Under the pieces are notes generated by a model. The model saw only the letters and a list, made by a program, of their open reading frames with translations. It was not told where the DNA came from and searched no databases. From assembly GCA_963924565.1 (NCBI GenBank), contig OZ004615.1, positions 8,184,001 through 8,248,000 on the forward strand: DNA of 64,000 bases, in the 5' to 3' direction. Of this stretch, positions 12,201-24,200 are shown piece after piece (within the stretch, counting starts at the first letter, position 1; each line of letters opens with the position of its first letter). Source of the DNA: Ascidiella aspersa. Lineage: Eukaryota. The position numbers were made by a program, and so were the translations under genes.

Positions 12201-15200
12201 TAGTTCGGATAATAAAAATTAACATAGCACGATATAAATAAACTGTTTAAACAACCACAAAGCAAAACACAAACAGTGTTGTTTGTTGAATTGAGTCAAA
12301 TTAAAATAAACCATGAAAAAAAGTAAAATGTTCGTGAAATATAGAATGGAATAGAATTTTCACAATTTAAGTGTTTAACTTACGGTGTCTTGATATAGCG
12401 AACAACTGTCAATGCCGTCCGTTTGATTGCAAGCGCTACGATTACAAATGCACTCTATTTTAGGACAGCATCCTTCATAAAATGTCTCGTTGACGACATT
12501 TTTTGTATACCAAACTTGACTACAAGTGGATTGAGGAAATTCTGTTTCGCATTTCGAGGAGTCACATTCGCAAACTGTTGACTTGCATCCGCATTCTTTT
12601 GGATATTCATCACTGAAAAATTGTAACAAAATATGAAATTGTAGTTTAAGTTAATGATGAAAAGTACGATATACACTCATAAGATTCCTAACTAAAAACT
12701 TTTGCCAGGAAATTTATACATTTTGGAACTCACTTGTCAATTACTTTTGGCGACCAAGACTGTTTATCACATGTTTGGTTGGTTTCTGGGCATGAGGGGC
12801 ATACGCATTTGTACTGTGGACAACATTGGTCGTCTGGGTTAGTTCTTACACGGATCATGCCTTTCACTGAGCAATTGTAATTTGTCCTGTATAAAGAAAT
12901 TAGATGTTGATTAAATACGCTAGTCACTTACAAATTTTAAATAAAATTAGGATTTCGCCGCTAAATAAACCGATAAGCTTTCGCTAAGTTTTTAATAATA
13001 TACATTACACTGTATAAACCAAGATGTTTTTTTATGTAAAGCAATTAATTATCTAAGCGTTATTCTAAAGGAAAAATGTATAATTTACTTGTACCAATAA
13101 ATTCTCAAAATACTCACCAATAATCGCAATGCTTAGACAGCATTGTGTCATTATTACACACGCATTGGAAATCATCACAGCATTGACCCGGAGGTTTTTC
13201 CGTTTTAACCGCATGTTCTATGTTAGCTAAACAACTTTTCGTTTCGTACTCTTCTAAAGGTTGGCAATTATCTTCTGTGTCATGGATGGTTTCGATCGAA
13301 TAGCAAGAAGTCACATCGTTGACGTCGGTTTTGATAGAGGAGCATGTCTTAGTTTCCATACATCCGTTTGATTTGGCTTCGGTAAACGTATCACCTCTGG
13401 AAATAATGTGATTCGTGCTGTTTATACAACCATTGCATGCACATGTCCAATTACTGCAACAATCCTCTTCATTTTTTACATCCACTTTGGAATAGCCCGT
13501 TTTGCAAGATTGATTTCCAACTTTGCACTCTTGGCACACACATTTGTACGAAGGACAGCAAGGATCGGAAGCATTGTAACCAGCAACCTTGTCGACGACC
13601 ACCTCCATATCTGATTTAGTACATTTAGCTTTCGTTTCCTGGTAGTCGGAGCAAAGGTTTTTCAAATTCTCCATGTCGGTGCTACATGTGCAGTTGTACT
13701 GAGGATAGCAACTTGTTTCAATGTTGTATTCTTGGGCTTCTTCGCCTGGATGTGGGCATTCAAGAGGGGGCGAAGTTCCGCTCGTGTTGCAAACTGCGGA
13801 GGAAAATAACGAAAACAAAAATTAAATTTTAGCATTCTCATTTTATATAAACCAATATATATATAAAATGTATAGTCATAAGATTTGTTAAAACCATTAA
13901 AATTACCCAGTAGATAAATAAGGTATATTCAACGTTTTACATAATTAAGAAAAATATTGTGAAACTAAAATGGATTAAAAAAATCACTTGAAACTAATTC
14001 ACTTACCACATCGATATGTCATGCAACATCCAACTTTTCCTTTTTCAACTGCAATTTCCCCTTTTTTAATGCAATTTTTATCCTCGAAACTCTGTAATGT
14101 CGTGCAGGTTGTGTTTTCATTATATGTGGTCTTTATCAGCCGACATGAGTCAACTGACGCGGAAACTCTGTTCTTTGAGCAAGTTTTCGACAAGCGACAT
14201 TGGTCGGATGTTTCATCATACACTGTTCCAATTGGAATGTAAGTTCCGTTTTCCATTTTGCAGCTGTTGCAAACGCACGTCCAATTAGAACAGCAATCTC
14301 CTTCGGTCTTAAGATCCTTCTCTTCGTAACCTTCCATACACGTGATGTTCTTTTCAGCACAAGTATCGCAAACACATTGGTACGATGGGCAGCAAGGATT
14401 GGACGAATTGTAGCCGGCGGGTTGGTTAATGGAAACCTTCATATCTGGTTTTGTGCATTTTGCTTTCGTTTCGTGGTATCCCGGACAATCCTTTTCCAAC
14501 TTCGTCATATTGGTTCCGCATATGCAGTTGAAGGTAGAGTAACAATCAGATTCACTCCTTGATTCATTCACTTCTTGTCCTGGGTAATTACAGTTTGGCT
14601 CCTTCGGATTTGGTGATTCATTGCATGCTGGCGAAAATAAGACAAGTTTTTATGTGAAATAAAACAACACTGAATTATTTTATTGGTTGTCGTCAACGAG
14701 ACATTTTATGAAGGATACTGTATTAAAATAGAGTGCATTTGTAATCGTAGCGCTTGTAATCAAACGGACGGCATTGACAAGACGAACCAAAATGCCTTGA
14801 TTTTTTACTGGATCAAAATTTATGAAATATTACGCCTTTATGCTAAATGAATTATAATGGGAATTGGAAATTTATTGGATGGAACAAACTGAGAAACTGC
14901 GCTTGTGAACAACGCATGCGGACTGTACTTTTTTCAAAAAAGTTTTGGTTGCCCTAAAGCAGGGGTCGGCAACCTGCGGCCCGCCAATGTAATTTTTCCG
15001 GCCCGTCGCTTCTTCGGCACGAGTCCAAGTGCATAAAAATTTCGCGCTTTTTCATCTTTCTACGTCCGGTTACGTTTGAAGCTGTCATTTGAACTAGATC
15101 ATCGCTTTTTTCCGTTGCCGGTATACTAAAAAACGCTCGTTCGCTCGCCAGGTGTGCCCTAACTTTAAAAGGTTGAAAAACACTGCACTAGGTTAACATT

Positions 15201-18200
15201 TAAACTCAACGCATTTCCTAAAGCAGTTTTATTACACTTTTCATTAGCAGTATGGATGTCTCGTGCGGACTCGAATTTTAAACCAAACAATCACTTTTTT
15301 TCGCGCTTTGCGCCAATACTTTACTGCCTCCCTAATTGCGCGGCCCGCAGAGACCAGTCTGGGTTTGGTTTTGGCCCGCGATTATAAAAAGGTTGCCGAA
15401 CCCTAACCTAAAGTAAAAATTTTGTGGTCTATGGGACGATACATCCTTTTAAAACAGTCATTGAACATGTCTTGATGTGCTTTGTCGAATACCAAATGAC
15501 GTGATAAACTGTTTCAAACGTACAGCGCAACACACGTAAGCCGACACGTAGGCCTAACAGCACTTACAGCAGGTGTAGTTTTTGCAACACGGGTTCGTCG
15601 AAAGCACCTCGGTCGCGTGCTGGTCATTGTTGCAGTTATAATCCTCTTCGGCTTTGCAGTTGTACTGCGTGTCGTTCTGGCCGGGACAGACGCACTGTTT
15701 TGTCGGACAGCAGTTGCTTTCTGTTCCCGGGACGACACTCAACACTTTAGGAGGTTTACAATCGGGATCTGCCGAACAGCTGCAGCCTGTAAATGAGTAT
15801 GGTTGGACGTTATGCATTTGGCTACTATTGTCGGAACCACCCTTGTTCGTAAGTCGGCCTTATATTATTAGAGCGAGAAGTTCAAATTTTCCAATTTCGA
15901 AGCATGGAAGAGTCGAATTGCCATATTTTTAAAAAACTGGAATTATTGAAAAATTATTTCTACTTTGGCCTGATTAAGCACGCTAGTCAAGATATTCACG
16001 GAAACGACATTAAGAACAACTCGAATCGCGCGAAGCGATCTTATCAGCAAATATATATCGTTCTGGAAAACGCGATATCACATAATGCGTATAGTTCAAG
16101 TATAATGGCATGAGACAAAAACTCACAATCGGTCTTTATGCACTCGGTGGATTCGGAATGGCGGAGAACGTATCCTTCCTTGCAGAAGCAGCCACTGACT
16201 TGTTTGGTACTTTGGCAGGTCCTATCTAAAGTCTCATAATTGCCACACGTCTTTGTCACCTGACACTGACTGGCACAGGCTGTGTATTGCGTGTTAGCTG
16301 CGGAACACGTTGGCTCTAGAAAATTAGCAGGGATATATATTGTTGAGCATTTGATTTTGCGCCTTATTTAAAATAATTCAAAACCACCAAGAATTATAGT
16401 GGTAAATTTTTACTTTTGCTCACTTGTCACAAGAATAATACATTACACATGTTGTTTTTTTTGAGAAACAAATTTCACATAGGTTTACTTTATATATAGT
16501 TTAACAGTATTTACAAAAATAAAATCAATTGAATCTTGTATTATATACTATATATTCACTTACACGTACTACAAATATAATGTTAAAATAACGATCACAT
16601 ATAGGAAACCCTAACAAAATAAAATCTAATACACAAATAAAACAAACATTTTTTTTATTTTTTTTTTTTATCCTGAACAATAAGAGAATATTTTAAAAGT
16701 TGTGAATCAAGCTTACCCGAGCAGTTGGCTGCCTTCCTCCAATCGACGCAAATTCCGTTCATCTCACATAGTTCTGCATAGCTTGAAGCAGCGCTGGAGT
16801 TGCATATGCTGCACTACAATAAAAATAAAAGTGTTAAATACTACTGGAATTGGTGACGTCAAGAAAGTTAATAACATTTTGGTCGGATATATACGTAATA
16901 AGAATATCAACGCCCATACAGAAGTAGGTATCATTTTGGACGTTTCGAATAACTCTTTATTCATTTTCAACATCTGATGTTGAAAATGAATAAAGAGTTA
17001 TTCGAAACGTCCAAAATGATACCTACTTCTGTATGGGCTTTGATATTCTTATTACGTGTTACAACAACCTCCAACCATTATGCTCCAAGGTCGGATATAT
17101 GTTTAACTAATTGCTCGTTAAAACACTCGGGCTCATTTTTTCCTAAATAATGATGAAGGTAAATAGCGATTTGCATTCGAGTACAATTTTGTTGATGTTA
17201 CGTAGCTTTATATAATTTTTTGCTATATTAGGCATAATATTAATTGTCTTTGATCACACAAAACCACCAAAACTGCCCTTCGGAACGTTATTTAAACGTA
17301 GAATTTTTTCACAGAATAACTAAATTCATAAAAAACTCAAAACAATCTGATGTTCTCACTAAAAATGGAATGTTGAAGGGGGAAACTGTAATGTGACCTA
17401 GAAGCTACGCCGAGTGAAAACTTTTTTTCATTAACCCGCCTTATAAACATGATTATAAACTCTTTCAAAGATATATATATAGGCCTATATATGTGAGTAT
17501 TTTTATAAAATTGTCAGCTCTCCGGTTGGCCTTTTATTATTTTCGTTGTTGTTTTATCAGCTTAATGGTTATACCCAGAATGCGATTCAGAATCTCCGCT
17601 ATTTTATTCTTGCAACAACAAAAGATATTTGACAGTTCAGAGATTAATCAATTAACAAGTAAACCTTATAGGCAAAATAGGAGCATGTAAGGTAATGGCA
17701 GCTCTTAAAGAGTCATTTTTTGTTCTTGGTTGATTTGTTTCTAGGTATAGTAAACGTTATTATTTTTAATTTTTCAAAGACGGAAAACATTCGCTTGCAG
17801 CATAAAAAAATGCCTTTATAGTTTAAGTTGCCCAAAGGTACAGCAAATAAGGACTAAACCGATTTCAACAAAATTGGCTATGGTAAAGTACAAACATAGC
17901 GGTAATCCGCGCAAAGGCAAGTTGTTTTGCATTTACAAAGTTAAAATGGGCAAAAAGCACGGTTTGGGGGCAGGGGGCATGGTCACTCTTCAGAATTTTA
18001 TCTTTTAACCAAGAAAAACGCCGTGTTGGGTCGCAAACCGTAGGTAAAATTTCTATATCGTCGGGCATTAAATCGGCACCGATGAAAACCACGTCATACC
18101 AGACGAGTACCGATATAACCTCCCAGTATGGGGACTTTGATGATATTATCATCAACATATAGCAAAAGACGAGTAACACTGCAATAACGCGCGTGTCGGA

Positions 18201-21200
18201 TACCGTCGCCAAACCAAAACCACCGGTTATTCTGAATGGGGGTCTTCTTAAGACTAACCACTTTCGTCCTGTTGGCGTCGAAAATGCAATTGTCCCGGTG
18301 ATCTTTGGCGGTGCTGATTGTCTGGCACTTTTCGAACAGAGACGACGTGAGCAGATCGCACACATCCTCTTCACAAGTCTGGTTTCCGCAGACGGACGGC
18401 AGCGGTGTGACACCTTCCCCGATCAACCTTCCAAAGTATAAAGGTTTGCCGTAAGTGCTTGATTGGTCCTTGCCGTCGTATTTCGTTTGAAATCGTGAAA
18501 GTTGGTCGCGCTGGCGACGAGTAGAAAACGTTACGAATCAGGATGTAAAATATTTTATTGTAGAACAGCAAAACAGGATATGGGTTTCTTTATTGGGGAG
18601 GCCACGAATCGAATACCGTCGTTATCAAATACTCGACCGAGTCAAGTAATTTATCGGTTCAGACGTTAGTTAAGCAAATAGTTGTGTACGTTTTGAATAT
18701 TACACTTTTTAGCCAAGGTGTGCGTAAAGGTAGACACTCATTTTTATCACAAGGAAGGTATGCCCCATGGAAAAGAAAACATTGAACGATCTAAATCTCT
18801 GTTCTTCTTTTTACTTGGCGTGTAAAATAGTAACATTATCATTCAATGTAATTTGTTAAACGTGGTCAATATCACTGGGTTATCAGTAAACCAAAAATCG
18901 CGATAAGCATTCCTCTCGAAGTAGAGTATTACGAGAATTTGCCCATCCCAAATATTTATTTACCAACCAACTTAATTAGAAATATATAAGGCCACTGACG
19001 TATATTTTCTTAAAAATTAAATAAATGTAATAATTTAACAACATTGGAATAATATCGGGGGAAACTTTTTTATAAAAGGGCGGCCTACGTGTTTTCTTCA
19101 ATTCCCCAAATGGACGACGAACATTTCTGTATTTATTATACAGCAATCTACCTTCTTAGGTTATAGTTAGCAATAATCCTGTGATGCCTAGTAACGAAAG
19201 CAGTCTACAGTTCGGCAATTATTTAAAAAAAAACATGGTTGAGCTAAAGAAGGCCACGATTAAAGCAAATTGAAAGAGAAACTTTTATCCTACGCTGCGC
19301 AGTCGGTGACGTTCGGCTTTTTGCATTCGTTGATTCTCCAACTGTGTCCGAAGTCATTCACGTCGTCAATGATCGTCTTATTGCTGCCCTCGAAGTCGTC
19401 TTGCTTGTCGGCGGAGCAGGTACCTGGGCAAACCGCGCTTGTTGTTTTTAAACGACAGTGTGTATTTGCAAGGTCAGAACTTATCAATTTTCAATTTTGC
19501 TTTCTCGGCGAAATTTTATTAAAGTACCGACGTTTCGACAACCTATTAGCGCAATCTTCGGGGCGAGAAATACGAGATAAACAGTTCACAACCAAAAAAC
19601 AGCCTGCGCGAAAAACGAGGCTTTTCGTTTTGTGTTTCTCGCCTTTTGGTGTAGTACGTTGTCCATCGATTTTTCCTCTTTCATTGTTTGTCTGGTATAT
19701 ATGCATTTTTTCGCCTATAGTTTCAATAACATTAGCCCGAAGAAGATTGCCCGAATTGGTGGTCGAAAGGTTGGTGCATCAATAAATCTTGCCGGATGAA
19801 TAATTTTACAATTGAAACAATGCCTGCCACCCACAATATTTTCCTTCGTGGGAATTTATGTTGAAAAACGCACACTTTCACTTATCCAAAAGCGATAAAA
19901 ATATAATATGAAAGAATTGTCCCAGAATAATTGTCAAAGTAACAATTTAAAAAGGGTTCTAACCCAATTTCAAGTTATAGAGTTGTGTCTAACTCCAAGT
20001 GATGTCCTCTCATTACAAACATGAAGTCGCGGTCTCAAGTCTCAATAATTAAGCTCAGTGAAAGACACACACAAACAAATGTGTTTAATAACATTTGTGA
20101 TCTAGCCCCTCGGAAGTTGCTTTATGACCAACGATTACGGCTTCCGTATCAATAGTACACCGAAAAGCCATCGCAGACTCGCCGAATCTGTCGATCTATG
20201 ATGCAAGCAGAGCAAGCCAGAAAAACAACTGGCCTGCAGTGAGGTTCGAACTCACGACCTCCGGTCAAGCCGGGACCGTCGCTCTACCAACTGAGCTATG
20301 CAGGCTCAGAGAGGAGCGAGTCGAGAAACAACCATGCGCCAATACTTGCACATTTTGTTAGTACAAGCAACTTCACACTGGGGGATCATCAGTCCGTATC
20401 AATCAATGAAAGACACACACAAACATATGTGTTTAATAACATCTGTAATGTGCAAGTATTGGCGCATGGTTGTTTCTCGACTCGCTCCTCTCTGAGCCTG
20501 CATAGCTCAGTTGGTAGAGCGACGGTCCCGGCTTGACCGGAGGTCGTGAGTTCGAACCTCACTTCAGGCCAGTTGTTTTTCTGGCTTGCTCTGCTTGCAT
20601 CATAGATCGACAGATTCGGCGAGTCTGCGATGGCTTTTCGGTGTACTAATTAAGCTCAGCTGTCATTATTACATATCAAAAATGTTGAACTGGGTGGTCA
20701 ACAAACCAAGTTAAAGGTTTTGAAATTTACGTCTCATGAGAATACAAATGTATTTTTACAAAAACTTAAACTGTTTCAGTATGTAATGGTCTAAAATCGG
20801 GTAGCGGCGACACTTATCTATAAAGGGGCTCCAACATAACGATTGGAACAAGAAAATTGTGCGAAGGTGGTAACCATTCTTAATCTGTTTAAACTTACCG
20901 CAGAGGCCGACTGTTTTATTAAACATGGTCGAGACTGGTATCATAATGACGACGAAGGGGGAGGTGGCGAGGGTGACGTAAAACAGGTTCAGGTTGATTT
21001 CGGGAATACGCAGGTTGACCTTGCTATCGGCCATCGATATTGTCATTCCTGCCCCAGACCACATAAGCGTAACACTGCTGCCGTTTACGAAAACCTGCGA
21101 CAAAAATATTCTTTAGATTAGATGAGCGCTTTCTTGTCAGCCCGAAATTGCTTTAAATGAAAGGACAACTTGGTTTAAGTGTCGAACTAAACGCCGGTTG

Positions 21201-24200
21201 CCTAGCCTTCAAAACAAATTGGAAAACAATGTATTAAATATCTGCAAACGTGTTTCGCCATTCACCGAATTAGACAGGGAGATGCCGTCAGCTTGATACA
21301 ACTCGACTGTTGTATAGTCCCATCGGACAAACACCTTCTTCAGGCAAGTGAGCGGTCCGCTTGGTGAGGTGGAACACACTTCGTTTTCGCTAAACAAAGC
21401 AAATGTCATTAATTGCCTGGTTCGCAGTAGTTCGTCGTTATAACTGGCCATGTTTCATTTTCTTTTAGATGCATTTGCCTTATTCCCTTGTTATGAGTAG
21501 CAACAAAATTGACCTCTTTTTTATTTAGTCATCGCAAGTTTGCGGTGTTGACTTAGTATTTGAGGTGCTCAGCAGTAATTATAAAAGTCTGCACCAATTA
21601 ACAGCGACATCTTGATTGCCCATTTTTAGAGGAGACTGCAATTAGTTTTGATGTTTTAACATGAGCAGGGGGTGAGTAGAAGAATGCCATTGCAAGATTG
21701 GTGCCATATAGTTTTAAACATAACCTAGGATAAAAAAAGTAATTTTTAGAAACACCATACCTGTAGATATGGAGGCGAGATGGTGCAGTTCGGTAGGTGA
21801 CGAGAGTGTACTGACATTGACCCATGAAGCTATATGGCCTGCTATCGAAAGTCATGTAATGGGGGTCTCCATAAGCAACACAAGCACCTGCGAATACACA
21901 AATCACGTGAGCATGTGAAAATCGCTTGGTATCTGATGACAAGAAAGTGTTAAACAGAGGTCCGTTGTAAACTAATAATCTCGAACTGAGGTTTTGGCAA
22001 TTTGACTGGTCCCTGCATTATTCGAAGGAAACAAAAGATGTAACAAAGTTAACCTGTTTAAACATTACTGCTGTAATAAGAGCGTTTTACTTTTTTGTCC
22101 CCCCAAAAAAGTTATATAACCTAATGAATAAATTGTTGTCGACCCCACTTTGCGATCAGGTGATATAATTTATCAACCAAGAACTTTACGTATAGCAATG
22201 AGCTTATTGTTGAGTATATCAACTCACATTGGCATTCCACGTTGGGGCAGCAAGGGTCGTCGGGGTTGGGGATATCAACTCGGCTCTGTCCTATCGCGCA
22301 GGTCTTCTGTGAGTTTGTGCAGTACTTGGGGTGCTCGACAATCTCGCAATCGCCGTCGCAAGAGCATTGACAGCTCTTGGTCATGCAAGTGCCCGCTTTC
22401 CATGTCGAGCCGGCCTGTGCGCAAGCGAAACAACTTCGGTTTATTATGTCCCGGTTTCCCGCTTTGTCACGAACGTTCGCTCCAGCACGCAAAATACAAC
22501 AAAATGGACGGATCAACGCGACGGCGGAGGGGGATGTTTCATGGCTACCATCAACCCGAAAGGCAATCGTGTGGAAAACGATTTATACTTAATAGGATAA
22601 AACTATAGAGAGCTTGGTGTAATACAGTATCCATTTGCCGTGTCGCACAATAAGGGCAATCATTGAAAAACAGTTAATCTAAAGCCACCTTTGAACGTTT
22701 TAGTGCGAATTTCGCAGACTTGTTTTTGCTATTTCCAGCAAAAATAATTGAGGGTTTGGCGATTCATTTTTAGCACAATTTAACTCTTCTGACTATAGCT
22801 AAATATCGAACTAAATAATCGTAAATTATAAGTAACCTATCCCCAGTCCTAGCTGACGGGTTTACAGCTAAAGCATATGACTGTGTCTCCTATAGTTTAA
22901 GGCAGTCAATACATTCTGCACCAATTACAGATACTTTTATCATTTCGTCAAGGGCATAAAATATGTTTAACTATTGAATGTACAACACAATATAACCATA
23001 TAGGGCTGTTATGCATTAGCATTTTATGGCAACGTGTTCTGCACATGTTAATGTCACTCAAAATTGATATCCGATAGTTGGTTTTGGAAGTATAAGTAGA
23101 TTGTAGACATCAGATGGAATAAAGGTGGAGCCGTTTATCTTATTATTTTAGGATTGATTTAATACAAACAAAAAGAGAACTAAAAACATACAGCGCTGCG
23201 TTAGTTTAGCGTTGTTCTTTACCGAATAGCTTTGGCCCTGGTCGTAACAGTCCGATACACAGCAAGTTGCGTTGCAACACGGCGTACTACTTTTCGTGTT
23301 CGGTAGGCTGGTTTGGCCGGTGGCGCAGACCTCTTTTGTGCAAACGCTATCGTCTTGGTATAACTTCACCAGCGGACAGCCGCTTTCTTGCTCGAGACAT
23401 ATCTGTAACAAAATTAGCTCTCACAGTTACGTTTTTAATCAAAAGTAACCGTTATTGTAAACGGGTGGCAACAACACAAATTGCCGTTGCAAAATTATTT
23501 TTGTTACTAGTTTGACATATGTCTTACATACATGTGTTGCAGTATCGTAGCATGACGTATTTAGTCGGTAAAATGTTTACTGGTAAAACAACTGTTTGTT
23601 AAATGCTGAAAATATATAACAGGAAAACACCCAGGTAAAGCAATATGCTACTTTACTGGCTTGTTGTAAATATTTTTTTAGACTTAAACTAATTTAAAAA
23701 ATAAGGCAAAAAAATGAATGCAACACAAGTTTTGGTAAAACGCGATAAACCTGGGTAACGCATTCAGAACTCTTCCAAGTTTCGTTGATCGCTCTCAAAT
23801 TTTCTTCTGCGTCAAGGCACTTTGTACAAACGCACGTTCGGTTTGCGCAGCAGGGATTAAGCATACCGTCCTGAAGTAATGTGAAATAAAACAGTTTGTA
23901 AGCTAGTTAGTTGTAAATAAGGCAGGGTTGCAACGTTAATGACAATTTGAATTTAAATTTACAATTGTGAAAACGTAAATATTTTCAGTGCGCAGTGAAA
24001 CATCAGAGATTTTTAATTCGGTAATTTAATTGTGCGCATGTGCTTCATAGGTAAATTTAGCTAATCGTGTTTTTTTTTTCTAAACCAAAGTGGTCCATAA
24101 AAAGCACCTATATATTTCTCTGATTGAATTTCTTAGTTGTGAACAATGTTTACCTGCGAAAGCTCGACTTGGCGCGACTTATCTGTAATGCATTGCCCGG

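Larger units (their letters stand above)
1..14460. repeat. Tandem array of ~3.6-kb exon+intron units (4 complete + 1 partial, runs off the window)
   Basis: Equivalent splice acceptors at 234, 3831, 7432, 11030 and 14627 give periods of 3597, 3601, 3598 and 3597 bp. Exons and introns are near-identical by eye. Confidence 0.98.
20059..20648. mobile_element. Foldback element with 202-bp inverted arms, each carrying a tRNA-derived module
   Basis: Arms 20153-20354 and 20447-20648 (1 mismatch seen). TSD taattaagctcag at 20046-20058 and 20647-20659. Internal direct repeat tgaaagacacacacaaac... at 20059 and 20407. Confidence 0.85.

Noticed and set aside
720-14562. Recurrent plus-strand ORFs (60-133 aa) in the array
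   Set aside because: Antisense shadows of the Cys-rich exons; they recur only because the DNA is repeated.
20365-20400. Hammerhead in the spacer of the tRNA foldback (minus-strand CTGATGA)
   Set aside because: No convincing stem II or GAAA...UH, so only a partial match.
20231-20570. Two functional tRNA genes (apparent GGC anticodon)
   Set aside because: Non-canonical anticodon loop, an extra base before the anticodon stem, and both lie inside TSD-flanked inverted arms.
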